In this document: positions 1 through 11,543 of the stretch, piece by piece | How positions within the stretch are numbered: position 1 is the first letter of the stretch | Layout: the number at the start of each line of letters is the position of its first letter | IMG/VR virus record: IMGVR_UViG_3300037249_001405 | Span: 146,317-210,316 of that record | Reading direction: 5' to 3' (one strand) | Length of the DNA: 64,000 nt | From: a virus | Taxonomy: Duplodnaviria > Caudoviricetes | Notes under the pieces: generated by a model | Database searches by the model: none | Seen by the model: only the letters and a program-made list of their open reading frames with translations | What the model was told of the DNA's origin: nothing | Made by a program: the position numbers and the translations under genes

Positions 1-1402
1 TGCTAATTTGCTTGATGGTGTGAAGAAAAATGGAACAGAATTAAATAACCAAATAAAGCAAATTAATAAAGTTCTTGAATTTATTAATGATAAATTAGCT
101 AGTCCAATGTATACTCAGTTACCCAGCATTAGTTATAATCAATTAGTAAATCTTAGAAATGAAGGATTGAAAATTGAACAAGATAATAATGCGTGGGTGG
201 AGTATCAAAAACTAGTACAGCCTCTTCAAGAAAAGGTTAATGTACTAAAGGCTGAATTAAAAAAGCTAAATGCTGAAAAGAAAAAATTCAGACCAGAAGT
301 AGATATTAATAATGAAATTGCTAATTACCAGAATCAAATTAGTAATTTACAAAATCAAATTATTGAGTTAAGCAATTTAAAAACCCAAATTGAGTACAAA
401 GAGGCTGAACTTAATAAATTGAAAAACGAGGGAAACCAAGCATATATCGATGCTAATAATATAACAATGAATAGCAGATGTAAGACTTGTGGTCAACCTA
501 TAACTACCTCTGATACTTTAATGGCTCATAAGAATGAGTTATTGAGAAAAGTAGAAGAAATTAGGCAGATTGTAGTACCTCTCTCTGAAGAAATCAATAA
601 TTTAAAAGCTAGTTGGGCACAATCAGAAAACATTTATAACCAGCTAACGAATAATATTAATGATTTCAATACTAAAATATCTGAATTAAGAGCAGAACTT
701 TTAAATCAAGGTAAGGTTGAAAAATCCCTTGAAAAGAATGATAAAGATTTAAAGAAGTGTCAGCAACAAATTCAGCAAATACCAGTAGTTAAACAGGTAG
801 ATCTTCCTGATGATTTCCGTGCTAAAATGGAAAAAATTAAGGATGATATTATAATCTGGGAAAACTATGAGGGTCTTGTTCAAGATAAAACAAGAAATAC
901 TAATGATATTAACAATATCAAACAAGATCTTGATAAATTATCTGTTATAGCAAACGAATTAGAACGCTATATAAAATTAACAGGTCCTGCTGGTGATATT
1001 TATAGTGCTATTTTGAACAAATTAGCAAATGAATTTTCAGATAATCAGGTCAAGTATGAAGTTAGAAAGTACAACAATAGAGGAGAACATTTAAATCTAG
1101 AATCTATGTACTATAATAACGGAAACTGGGTTGATTATGAGGCATGTAGTAGTGGTCAAAAGACTGTTCTTGATGTTCACTTCCTCCAGAAAATTATACC
1201 ACGAATTGGTGTATTAATTATGGATGAATTCTTTAAACATCTTGATCCAGAAAACCACGATGCTTGTATAGAAGCTTTAAGTAATATGAATATTGGATGT
1301 ACTATGATAAGTTCTCACATGGAATCTATAGCTGCTTTCAATAATAAATCATGTAAATTATCACTTAATGCGAGTGGTTTAACCCAAATAGAGTACAAGT
1401 AA
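1..1402 (+). CDS. SbcC/Rad50 (gp46-like) recombination ATPase, C-terminal part (5' end outside window)
   Basis: Long coiled coils, zinc-hook CKTC, ABC signature CSSGQK, Walker B LIMDE, H-loop ISSH. Confidence 0.85.
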   Translation, partial: ANLLDGVKKNGTELNNQIKQINKVLEFINDKLASPMYTQLPSISYNQLVNLRNEGLKIEQDNNAWVEYQKLVQPLQEKVNVLKAELKKLNAEKKKFRPEVDINNEIANYQNQISNLQNQIIELSNLKTQIEYKEAELNKLKNEGNQAYIDANNITMNSRCKTCGQPITTSDTLMAHKNELLRKVEEIRQIVVPLSEEINNLKASWAQSENIYNQLTNNINDFNTKISELRAELLNQGKVEKSLEKNDKDLKKCQQQIQQIPVVKQVDLPDDFRAKMEKIKDDIIIWENYEGLVQDKTRNTNDINNIKQDLDKLSVIANELERYIKLTGPAGDIYSAILNKLANEFSDNQVKYEVRKYNNRGEHLNLESMYYNNGNWVDYEACSSGQKTVLDVHFLQKIIPRIGVLIMDEFFKHLDPENHDACIEALSNMNIGCTMISSHMESIAAFNNKSCKLSLNASGLTQIEYK

Positions 1403-1409
1403 AAAATAT

Positions 1410-1447
1410 GATAACCAAGTAACTAAAATTACTTGGTTATCTTTTTA
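1410..1447 (+). terminator. Intrinsic terminator
   Basis: GATAACCAAGTAA/TTACTTGGTTATC inverted repeat followed by T-tract. Confidence 0.75.
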
Positions 1448-1485
1448 TACCCATTAAATCCTAATAACTGAAATAAATTAACTAA

Positions 1486-3498
<2,013 letters not shown>

Positions 3499-3518
3499 TC
3501 GCTTGAGACTCTTATATA

Positions 3519-3595
3519 TGAAGAAATATTCAGAGCCAATTTTGGCCGCCCATGAACCGCAGTGATGCGCCGGGCGGCTTTTATTTTTTTTTTTC
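3519..3595 (+). ncRNA. Candidate small RNA (own promoter motif, GC-rich hairpin, U-tract)
   Basis: GACTCTTATATATGAAG promoter-like motif at 3507-3523; stem GCCGCCC/GGGCGGC (3545-3578) with inner CGC-AGTGAT-GCG; T-tract; no ORF. May also simply terminate ligA. Confidence 0.4.
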
Positions 3596-3603
3596 TTTCC
3601 TTC

Positions 3604-3692
3604 AAACCCTTATTTATGAAGAAAGTATAAATGTAATTATATTTTCTTCAATTTATTTTTCAAGATATTAATTAAGTAAAAAACTATTTATT
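3604..3692 (+). promoter_or_regulatory. Promoter-hairpin-U-box leader, copy 1
   Basis: AAACCCTTATTTATGAAG, hairpin 3618-3649, TTTATTTTTCAAGATATTAA. Confidence 0.75.
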
Positions 3693-4295
3693 ATGGCAGA
3701 AAAAATATTAAATGAGGAAGAACTTCCCTTCCCCAAATTCATGAAGAATGCTGTTTTCGGTGAACAGTTTCTCATGAAAGAACCTTACTACGGGGTAGCC
3801 ACATACCTTGAGTCTGTAGTAAGGCACGGGTATTACACATTTAGGTTTGCACCTGTCTATGTAGACCCTTTTAGAGAACGGATTAGTAGAGGATTTATAA
3901 CCGATTTCGTAACGAAATCAGAAAAAGAAATCCTTATTAATCCGGATCACGGACAAGAAATAATTGGAAAATTGAATGGTACGTTCAATTTTCAGAAAAT
4001 GTATGAGCTTCACGCCATTAGTGTCATTCTGAGCAACCATACGGATTGCCTAGACAGGACCGAAACTGACGTGGAAATACATGGCTTCTTTTCTCACATC
4101 CGACCCGAAATTCTCGGAGTTCTTGAGAAAAAGAGCAAACTGGCTAAAGAATTTATAGCCAGACTTTCTGAAAGAGAAAGAAATTGCTGCTTCAGCAGAC
4201 AAGACGCTGAATGGAAAGCCTTTAGCAGTGTAGACTGGAAGAAGGAACTCCAGAACTGTGGCTTAGATCTTTCAGAATATTTAACTATCTTTTAA
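3693..4295 (+). CDS. Hypothetical protein
   Basis: 200-aa ORF directly after the conserved leader. Confidence 0.75.
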   Translation: MAEKILNEEELPFPKFMKNAVFGEQFLMKEPYYGVATYLESVVRHGYYTFRFAPVYVDPFRERISRGFITDFVTKSEKEILINPDHGQEIIGKLNGTFNFQKMYELHAISVILSNHTDCLDRTETDVEIHGFFSHIRPEILGVLEKKSKLAKEFIARLSERERNCCFSRQDAEWKAFSSVDWKKELQNCGLDLSEYLTIF

Positions 4296-4307
4296 ACTGA
4301 CATAAGA

Positions 4308-4700
4308 ATGAAAAGTTTAAAAAAGTACAACCGAAAAAACCCTTGGCTTGAGGTAGGTCAGGGTGAATACACGGTATTCAGAAATTACGTAAAATTTGCG
4401 GAAAATGATGCCGATGATTTTTATGGATATTCAGTAAATCCATTTTACTGTTATATTCTGCCTTTAACAAAATTTAAGACTCCTTACTGGAATACAACAC
4501 ATTTTTGTATTTCTAGTGTAGATGATTGGGGTATTCATGCCACATTCAATTACGCTATGACCAGAGAGGAAGCTACGAAACTTTGTAGGGAGTTCATTAG
4601 AAGTTTCAAAAGAACCTCTAGAAGTTTCGGTGGTCTTACACAAGACCACTTTGAAGAATTCTTCAGAGAAAAAGGAGCTGATGAGATATCCCGAGGGTAG
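4308..4700 (+). CDS. Hypothetical protein, similar to the C-terminal domain of ORF 42696-43574
   Basis: FCISSVDDW..FEEFFREKGA vs FIISGGDDY..FDEFFYSKGA. Confidence 0.75.
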   Translation: MKSLKKYNRKNPWLEVGQGEYTVFRNYVKFAENDADDFYGYSVNPFYCYILPLTKFKTPYWNTTHFCISSVDDWGIHATFNYAMTREEATKLCREFIRSFKRTSRSFGGLTQDHFEEFFREKGADEISRG

Positions 4701-4720
4701 TCTCATCAGTCATTAAGATA

Positions 4721-4936
4721 AAACCTCACGTAATCGGTTGAAAGTCCTATATGGATACCCCGGTTCGAACCCGATGAAAACTTGCACGTAACCCCAGGCG
4801 TGTATTGTAAGTAGTTCCGAGTCCCTGAAAAAAGGAGGGCTGCGTCGTGTGAAAAGGACAGTCAGTGAGAAACTCTCACTGGTGCGGCGTGGCTAGAGAT
4901 AGTTGGTAAATTCGGGCTGATCTATGTGAGTTTTTT
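4721..4936 (+). ncRNA. Structured non-coding RNA (~215 nt), possibly raiA-motif-like
   Basis: Closing stem CTCACGTA-ATCGGTT / GGCTGAT-C-TATGTGAG then T-tract; internal hairpins including a T-loop arm CGG-TTCGAAC-CCG (4761-4773) and CAGTGAG/CTCACTG; GC-rich; no ORF. Confidence 0.65.
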
Positions 4937-4942
4937 AAGAAA

Positions 4943-5002
4943 AAAAAAATAAAGACATTTAATCTAAAATTAATTAGGTTATTTGTCTTTATTTTTTTTT
5001 TT
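4943..5002. terminator. Bidirectional terminator between convergent units
   Basis: AAATAAAGACA/TGTCTTTATTT inverted repeat with A- and T-tracts. Confidence 0.65.
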
Positions 5003-5022
5003 ATTTTTCTGGTCTATTTTTA

Positions 5023-6741
5023 TTAGAGAAAACTTCTGTCTTTAGACCAGAATATATTTATTGATGGGGTGGTGTTAATATCCACCTTATCACAATCCAA
5101 ATTATAAATCCAGAAGTCTCCGTTAACTAAGTTGATTAATGGAGAATTCTCAGATTTATCGAGAACCACCCGAGAAAGCGGAATAGAAAGTTGAGGTTCT
5201 CTATCTACGCTGATTTTTTCAGCGGGGTAGATATAGAAAGCTCCGGTAGGAATGGTAAGATCTTTTACATCATCCTTATGAAGGATGGTCGGTACAATCC
5301 GATCCATCAGAGCTTTTTTCTGCTCTTCGGCTTCTTTATGATTGTAAAAAGCCTCCTCACGGCAATAATCAGCGCTACCAATTCTTTGGGAGACTCTTGA
5401 GATTACATCACTTACAAGAAGGTTATAAACTACCTCGTAAGTGATATAAACTTTATCAGTAAACATTGTTTCCAAGGTTTTTCTGATATTTACGTCAGAA
5501 GATTTCTCAACGTAACTATCCTTCAAAGCAAGGATAGGTTTATCTACATGGAGCTTCTTACCAATAATAGACTTCATGTAGGTAGTGAGATAGTATGGCT
5601 TAAGGTAGCTGTAGCCACCGTCATCACACAACTCATTTAAATCACTGACGGTGATCTTATCTTGTCCGCCAAGTAATTTAATTAATCTTTTAGCTTTTTC
5701 AGGCATGTTGTAGTCTTCAAAAGCTTTCTCAATGATTTCATAGTATTTTTCCAGATAGTTTATTTCAGTACCGTCCGGCATTGTTGTTACCATAGAATCA
5801 TCAATAAACTTAGGTTTATCCTCGTATTCACCAGTGTCCTTGTAAACGGAAGAACTGATAAACCAGAAATAAACTGTAATATTCTTGAGCGTAGTGTTAT
5901 TTTTTACCACGAAATAGTGGTAATCAACATCGCTACTATTCTCATCTTCGTCTTCGTTAATGACACCTGCTCTTATAACAAGCATATTGCCATTAGCAAA
6001 TTTGATATTATACACCTCTCTCGAGAGGTTATCGTACTTTGTTATAAAAGAAGGTATTCCCATCATCTCAGGAGAACCATTCTCGTCTTTGCCAGTTGAA
6101 AGAACTAACTCATCAACGAATTTAACAAGTTCACCAGTTTTCATGTTAATACCTACTTTTATATCATAAGAATCATCCTCGTAACAATGATCATCATAGT
6201 CGCAGAGATAACATTCAGGTTCTTCTATACCGAAGAAATTGTAACGAAGCGTTTTGCTGCTTGTTTCAAAATTATCCTCCGTTACAGATTTTATGATATA
6301 GTAATCATCTGTCTTAAAGTTACAGATAAGCTTAGGACACCCATTTTCAGTGTTGCTAAGGTCTATAACTGTAAGACTGTTATCATCCCTGAGGATATAA
6401 AATTCGTTCCACCTGAATGGATCAAAGTTAATATCCTGTATAGTTCTGAAAAATTCGGTTACCGAATTCTCGCTTACTTTGTAATTTACATCACAAAGAT
6501 AATTTATCGATTCAAATAAGAGATGCTCTTTCAAATATCCCTCATTTGTTTGGGAATCGAATCCTTTTTCGATTCTTTTGATAATACATTTCAAAATTTT
6601 CTGAAACGTATTAACAAAGCTTTTATTGTTCCTCTTTGAAGGAAATTCAACGGAACAATAAAATTCAATGAGATCTGCTTTCTGCAAATCAACATTAAGA
6701 CCCTCCTCAACAGGCTTGGGTCTTTTCAAAAGAAATTCCAT
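5023..6741 (-). CDS. Hypothetical acidic protein
   Basis: 572-aa ORF preceded by the conserved leader. Confidence 0.8.
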   Translation of the reverse strand: MEFLLKRPKPVEEGLNVDLQKADLIEFYCSVEFPSKRNNKSFVNTFQKILKCIIKRIEKGFDSQTNEGYLKEHLLFESINYLCDVNYKVSENSVTEFFRTIQDINFDPFRWNEFYILRDDNSLTVIDLSNTENGCPKLICNFKTDDYYIIKSVTEDNFETSSKTLRYNFFGIEEPECYLCDYDDHCYEDDSYDIKVGINMKTGELVKFVDELVLSTGKDENGSPEMMGIPSFITKYDNLSREVYNIKFANGNMLVIRAGVINEDEDENSSDVDYHYFVVKNNTTLKNITVYFWFISSSVYKDTGEYEDKPKFIDDSMVTTMPDGTEINYLEKYYEIIEKAFEDYNMPEKAKRLIKLLGGQDKITVSDLNELCDDGGYSYLKPYYLTTYMKSIIGKKLHVDKPILALKDSYVEKSSDVNIRKTLETMFTDKVYITYEVVYNLLVSDVISRVSQRIGSADYCREEAFYNHKEAEEQKKALMDRIVPTILHKDDVKDLTIPTGAFYIYPAEKISVDREPQLSIPLSRVVLDKSENSPLINLVNGDFWIYNLDCDKVDINTTPSINIFWSKDRSFL

Positions 6742-6837
6742 AATAAAGTAGTTTTTATGTGTTAATAAATCGTGAAAAATAAAAAGAAGAAAATATAGAC
6801 TCTTTACATCTATATTTTCTTCATATATAAGAGTTTA
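6742..6837 (-). promoter_or_regulatory. Promoter-hairpin-U-box leader, copy 2
   Basis: AAACTCTTATATATGAAG, 14-bp stem 6786-6822, TTTTTATTTTTCACGATTTATTAA. Confidence 0.8.
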
Positions 6838-6851
6838 AAGGAATTAGAATA

Positions 6852-8390
6852 TTAATTGTTTTTCTCCATTCCCTCTTTATCCTTCCAATTAATGGCAGGA
6901 TAATATCTTTCTATTTCATTTACTGTATTACCAAAGATCACATCTTCTATCTCGAGTGTATCTTTGTATGCCATAGGTGACTCATCGATGGTCTTTTTTG
7001 TTACTGATGTAGTCACAATACCCTCCATCTCTTTCTCGAATGAAGACATGGAGAACTTAAGAATTTCATTAATCTCGTCATCTGAGAGATTACCAAAATC
7101 CTTTTCATACTTAGCCAATATGGTTAAGTTCTCATCGGAGAAGTCCAAATCAGATTCGTACTCCTCCTTTAATTTGAGGTATTCTTGGAGTTGTTCTGCC
7201 AACTCCAACCTCCTGTCGGCTTCCTTTCTGGACATGATACGTCCGGCACCATGTGGCGCCGAATTACCCCATTCAGGATTACCTAGACCTTCAGCTATTA
7301 CAACACCATCCTTCATTGAGAACGGGATAATAACTATTTCGCCCTGTCTTGCTCTGATAGAAGACTTCCTCAATGTTCTATCCTCAAGATCAACGAAATT
7401 ATGTGTAGTAAATATAGTATCAACAACGCGGACACTATACTTACTTAAAATATCCGTTATGATCTTTTGAACAGTTATGTGATTGTACCTTGCATAAAGC
7501 TGTGCAAAGCACATATCCTGGAGATAACCTTTCATATTATCTCCCTTCAGATAACCATTCATGAATCCTTCTTCAAGCTTCTCGAACTCTGCCGAGAGAT
7601 ACTTGTTTAATTCATCCTTAAAGAACTTCATGTCCTTTCCTTCGGCCTTATATTTAGCCTTGAAAGAATCAGTAAGTTCCTTTTCTTTCTCTTTCCTTTC
7701 TTTCTTAGAAAGAGGGTTATTTGAAATGTTCTTCCAGTAAGTAGCTACAGCAAGACCAAATCTTCTTGATCCAAAGTGAAGGAAGAAAGCAGCTTTCTTC
7801 TTATCCTTTGTCAAATCATACTCCAGAAAGTGGTTTCCGCCACCTACTGTTCCGAGTGATTTCCAAAAGACACCTGGATCAAAGTTATTAATACGTTTAA
7901 GAAACGCATTAATCCAGTCTTCCGATACACGTACAGGAAGATCACCTAACATTTCAGGCCAAAGTTGCCTGTATTTGTTAAATTCCTTTGTTATGAATTT
8001 ACAAAATTCATCAGTTTTCACCTTTGAATTTTCATGAAGGTGAAATCCCATAGGTACCTGTTGAGATACCTTATGTTCAAACTCGATAAGCTTGTCTTCA
8101 GAGACAGGTTTATCGAGAATCATACCAGATACAGTACAACCTATATCTACTCCGATGTGGAGTGGGTTAATATAGTTGCCAATAGTTGCAGAAAGGCCAC
8201 AAGGACCTGCTGCACCTACGTGAGCATCTGCCATAAGATAAACCGATTGGCCCTCAAAGGCTTTCGAGTTTATGATGTCGTCAACCTGTTCCAGCACACC
8301 TGGGTCATAGGTCCTTATATACGCTTTACAAGTAGCGTATTTTCCCTTTTTTACGAGAGGGAGGGGACCATCGTAATATAAATTTGCCAT
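6852..8390 (-). CDS. rtcB: RtcB-family RNA 3'-phosphate/5'-OH ligase
   Basis: DAHVG, GVDIGC, GTVGGGNHF, HFGSR, THN and SAPHGAGR motifs, DESPMAYK. Confidence 0.93.
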   Translation of the reverse strand: MANLYYDGPLPLVKKGKYATCKAYIRTYDPGVLEQVDDIINSKAFEGQSVYLMADAHVGAAGPCGLSATIGNYINPLHIGVDIGCTVSGMILDKPVSEDKLIEFEHKVSQQVPMGFHLHENSKVKTDEFCKFITKEFNKYRQLWPEMLGDLPVRVSEDWINAFLKRINNFDPGVFWKSLGTVGGGNHFLEYDLTKDKKKAAFFLHFGSRRFGLAVATYWKNISNNPLSKKERKEKEKELTDSFKAKYKAEGKDMKFFKDELNKYLSAEFEKLEEGFMNGYLKGDNMKGYLQDMCFAQLYARYNHITVQKIITDILSKYSVRVVDTIFTTHNFVDLEDRTLRKSSIRARQGEIVIIPFSMKDGVVIAEGLGNPEWGNSAPHGAGRIMSRKEADRRLELAEQLQEYLKLKEEYESDLDFSDENLTILAKYEKDFGNLSDDEINEILKFSMSSFEKEMEGIVTTSVTKKTIDESPMAYKDTLEIEDVIFGNTVNEIERYYPAINWKDKEGMEKNN

Positions 8391-8392
8391 TA

Positions 8393-8836
8393 TTATATGG
8401 ATGAATTAATAAACTCAACAATTTCGTCATAAGAATTGTTTTGCCAAAACTTCCTGACGTTCTCAAACGAAATATTCATCTTATTACCATATTCATCGTA
8501 ATAAGTCATTTCAATTTTGACAACCGAAGGACATGGTTCATAATCAGTCTGATAAGTACGAATTATGAAACCAGCTTCATCAAGGATATCGATAATATCA
8601 TCAATATCTTCGTTTTCGTCCACATGACAGCCGAACTTAGGCTCGTCACCGTTATATGGGGTTGTAATATAAGCTAATACGTAAATTAGCTTATCATTAC
8701 CAAAGAATTCCTCAGGATTGATTTCGAATTCTTTTGTGATATAATCTGCATCACCCTGATCCCAAGTGTTTTTGACCAAGATGACATTTTTGCGTTCCTT
8801 GTTAGCTGAAGGAACCAGTAGAATGTGTTTATCCAT
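8393..8836 (-). CDS. Hypothetical protein (paralog of 10926-11441)
   Basis: Shared FF..DKLIYVLAYI and Y.DE.G.K..ISF motifs. Confidence 0.8.
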   Translation of the reverse strand: MDKHILLVPSANKERKNVILVKNTWDQGDADYITKEFEINPEEFFGNDKLIYVLAYITTPYNGDEPKFGCHVDENEDIDDIIDILDEAGFIIRTYQTDYEPCPSVVKIEMTYYDEYGNKMNISFENVRKFWQNNSYDEIVEFINSSI

Positions 8837-9031
8837 AATAAATATTTTATTTAAAAAATTAATATCTAGAAAAATAAAAAGAGAGTATAAAGCGGGATGC
8901 TTTATACTCTCGAGAAACAGAAAACAAAAATCAACCCAATAAATAAATTATGTCTTGAGTAATAATGGTTTAGAAAAATAAAAGATAATATAAACTTTTT
9001 ATCGTTTATATTATCTTCATGTATTAGGTTT
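8837..9031 (-). promoter_or_regulatory. Two tandem hairpin-U-box leaders (copies 3 and 4) with no gene between them
   Basis: AAAACCTAATACATGAAG plus stem 8982-9017 plus U-box; second stem 8881-8911 plus TTTTTATTTTTCTAGATATTAA. Confidence 0.75.
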
Positions 9032-9858
9032 TAATTGCTTTTCTTCCGTAAATTTTCTTGAATCTTTTTCCACACTTCAGGGCTACATCCGGTATTTAAA
9101 TTCGGAGGATCATAATCAATAAAAGAGTTATAAGTATCCTGTCCGAGTTTTGCCTCATCATGATAATGTTCAAGCATAGATGCTTTCTTACCATTAACTG
9201 TATATTTTTTCTTAGTAAGCTCTTCTGTCGGTATTCCTGATTTTAACCAAGCATTCATAACTTGACTCCTATTACCAGATTTTTCATATTGAAGTAAGTA
9301 ATTAGAATAATCTAAAATCTCATTAGGGTTTCTTAAATTAACAGCATCACCTTGTTTTAATTGATCTTCAAACTTCTTTCCATTAAAGTGCTTTCTAAAA
9401 TCAACTAAATCTTTTTCATTTCGAGCTTCTAGGTGATCATATGCATGACCGGCTTCATGAGCAGCATCTGATCCAGAAACTTTAGGTAAGAGTATACCCT
9501 TAACTTTTCGTTTTGCTCCATCTAGGTATGACAATGTGATAGGAGCTGATACTTTTGGTGATGCAACCGTAGTTATTCCATCCTTACGAAGAGACTTTAT
9601 AACTCCATGCCCAATATCTCTATCTTCTAGTATAGCATCTAAATCACCGTTCTCCTTACCAATTAAATAATCATTATATCTATTAACGGAGCTCAATGAT
9701 CTGTTGTCTTGCTTTCTCCTAAGATCTCTATAAAAATCAGCCTTCTCATTCTTTATAAGTTTTCTGAAAATAAGATTTAATTCCTGATTTTTTTTCAATT
9801 TCCTTACACGATCGGCATGAGAAGCTATTCCATATAAATTTGTTCTATATATAATCAT
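9031..9858 (-). CDS. Putative HExxH zinc-binding (metallopeptidase-like) protein
   Basis: AAHEAGHA motif; start chosen at MIIYR (ATG 9858) rather than GTG 9912. Confidence 0.6.
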   Translation of the reverse strand: MIIYRTNLYGIASHADRVRKLKKNQELNLIFRKLIKNEKADFYRDLRRKQDNRSLSSVNRYNDYLIGKENGDLDAILEDRDIGHGVIKSLRKDGITTVASPKVSAPITLSYLDGAKRKVKGILLPKVSGSDAAHEAGHAYDHLEARNEKDLVDFRKHFNGKKFEDQLKQGDAVNLRNPNEILDYSNYLLQYEKSGNRSQVMNAWLKSGIPTEELTKKKYTVNGKKASMLEHYHDEAKLGQDTYNSFIDYDPPNLNTGCSPEVWKKIQENLRKKSN

Positions 9859-9907
9859 AATAAATAATCTTCTTTTACATATAAGATAAAAGGAGAAAAA
9901 AGAAAGA

Positions 9908-9950
9908 AACACATATATCTAATTTTTTGTATTTTAGATATATGTGTTTT
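9908..9950. terminator. Intrinsic terminator
   Basis: AACACATATATCTAA/TTAGATATATGTGTT inverted repeat. Confidence 0.7.
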
Positions 9951-9959
9951 ATATTTTGA

Positions 9960-10919
9960 CTACTCTTCCTCTTCGTCATCCTCAGAACGAGGATCTACGT
10001 CAAGGGGATTGAAGTAGTATTGGTTACAGTAAGGGCAATAAATGCTCTCTCCGTTTTTCATAAGGTAAGTCTGGCTACCACACTGTGGACACTTACACTT
10101 ATCCTCTGTAGTAAGAGTGGTTAAATCCTCCGGCATAGGGGCCAAAGGTTCATTGTACTCTTCCTCACCAAATCGGTTATTAGGATCAAAAGCCTTGAAC
10201 CGACTGATTGTAATAGCATCTCTACAATCCTCCTTTTTCTCTTCAACGAGGGTTCGAAGTTCTTCATCTTCAGGAAGAAGATCCATCGGGATTGTTATAA
10301 ATGCTTCTTTAATATTTTGATATGCACCCATACCAATAGTGAATGACTTCATAAAGCCCGATTCACGATCGAGGTAAGTTACATTCAAATTTTTCCTTGG
10401 CAAATCATTAGAAGATATCTGATTTGAGATAGTTGCAATAAGGATCAACTTATCCAAATCACCTACTTCAATAATTTTGCCAGTCCTCCAATCCTCTACC
10501 TTAGCCTTAGTAAATACCTTAATAGGTACATCTGCTCCAGTAAGATAAAGAGCTCCTGTGTGAATTTCGTTCCTTTCTTCCTCTTCTTCCGTATCAGGAT
10601 GGAAAATATGAGAAAGATAGGTTACATTATGGAACTTATCTCCATAGACTTGTTTAATCTCTTCGATCAACTCCTCTATTTCTTTAAGTTCATCGGGATT
10701 GGTTTTAGCGTAACCTAAAACCAAAGCATCACCGTCCTTAAAAGCTTCCGGAAGCTCGTCTTTGAGAGTGATGTTTTTCTTCTTAAACTCATCTACTTTG
10801 TTTAAGATTGCGGCGACTTCTTCGTCGTACTCAAGACTCTGATTGAATCTTGGGTCTTTTTCACAAATGAGGTCAATGTACTTAACCCCATCTCGAGTGT
10901 TTACCTCTGTCCTGTACAT
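9960..10919 (-). CDS. Hypothetical protein with C-terminal zinc ribbon
   Basis: CPQC...CPYC near the C-terminus. Confidence 0.8.
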   Translation of the reverse strand: MYRTEVNTRDGVKYIDLICEKDPRFNQSLEYDEEVAAILNKVDEFKKKNITLKDELPEAFKDGDALVLGYAKTNPDELKEIEELIEEIKQVYGDKFHNVTYLSHIFHPDTEEEEERNEIHTGALYLTGADVPIKVFTKAKVEDWRTGKIIEVGDLDKLILIATISNQISSNDLPRKNLNVTYLDRESGFMKSFTIGMGAYQNIKEAFITIPMDLLPEDEELRTLVEEKKEDCRDAITISRFKAFDPNNRFGEEEYNEPLAPMPEDLTTLTTEDKCKCPQCGSQTYLMKNGESIYCPYCNQYYFNPLDVDPRSEDDEEEE

Positions 10920-10925
10920 AAAAAA

Positions 10926-11441
10926 CTAGTTTTTTGTAAATTTATTATATTTTTCCAGAAACTCCGGAAAATTTTCTTCAAATTCAATTTGATTAATGAA
11001 ATCTGTGATTTCATCACGGGTTTTATCTTTCCAAATAATTTCAATTATCTGGTCAAATGAAACCAACCACTTCTTGCCTTTTTCGTCAAAATAAACTATT
11101 TTTAATTCATTGACAGAATGGCAAATGGAGGAACAATTGCCTTTATAGCTGTATGTATGAAGGTTATGGTAACATAGAAAAGGAGTAATATATTTAATAT
11201 CCTCTTTTTCTATAATATCCCTATTGAGATATTTTTGGATATAAGCTAATACGTAAATTAGCTTATCATCCTCAAAGAATGTTCTTGCATCCTTCTTAAT
11301 TGGGTAAGAATTGTAACATTTGGCATAATTATCGAACATGTCATTCCAAATGATTGTAATTTCAACAAGGTTCTTTGGCTTGTCGTCTTGAGGGATTTCT
11401 TTGATAAGAAGACCCCTGTTATATTCATATTTTGTAATCAT
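10926..11441 (-). CDS. Hypothetical protein (paralog of 8393-8836)
   Basis: DKLIYVLAYI shared. Confidence 0.8.
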   Translation of the reverse strand: MITKYEYNRGLLIKEIPQDDKPKNLVEITIIWNDMFDNYAKCYNSYPIKKDARTFFEDDKLIYVLAYIQKYLNRDIIEKEDIKYITPFLCYHNLHTYSYKGNCSSICHSVNELKIVYFDEKGKKWLVSFDQIIEIIWKDKTRDEITDFINQIEFEENFPEFLEKYNKFTKN

Positions 11442-11533
11442 AAATATAATAAGTAGTTTTTATTAATTAATATCTAGAAAAATAAAAAGAAGAAGATATA
11501 AACTAATTTATATCTTCTTCTTCATTAAGAGTT
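11442..11533 (-). promoter_or_regulatory. Promoter-hairpin-U-box leader, copy 5
   Basis: Stem 11489-11520, TTTTTATTTTTCTAGATATTAA. Confidence 0.8.
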
Positions 11534-11543
11534 ACAGGGATTG

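Noticed and set aside
4721-4936. RNase P RNA or tmRNA (prompted by GAAAGTCC and the T-loop)
   Set aside because: Too short; lacks the RNase P 3' ACAGAA..CGGCUUA element and the tmRNA GGGG../..CCA acceptor with G3-U70
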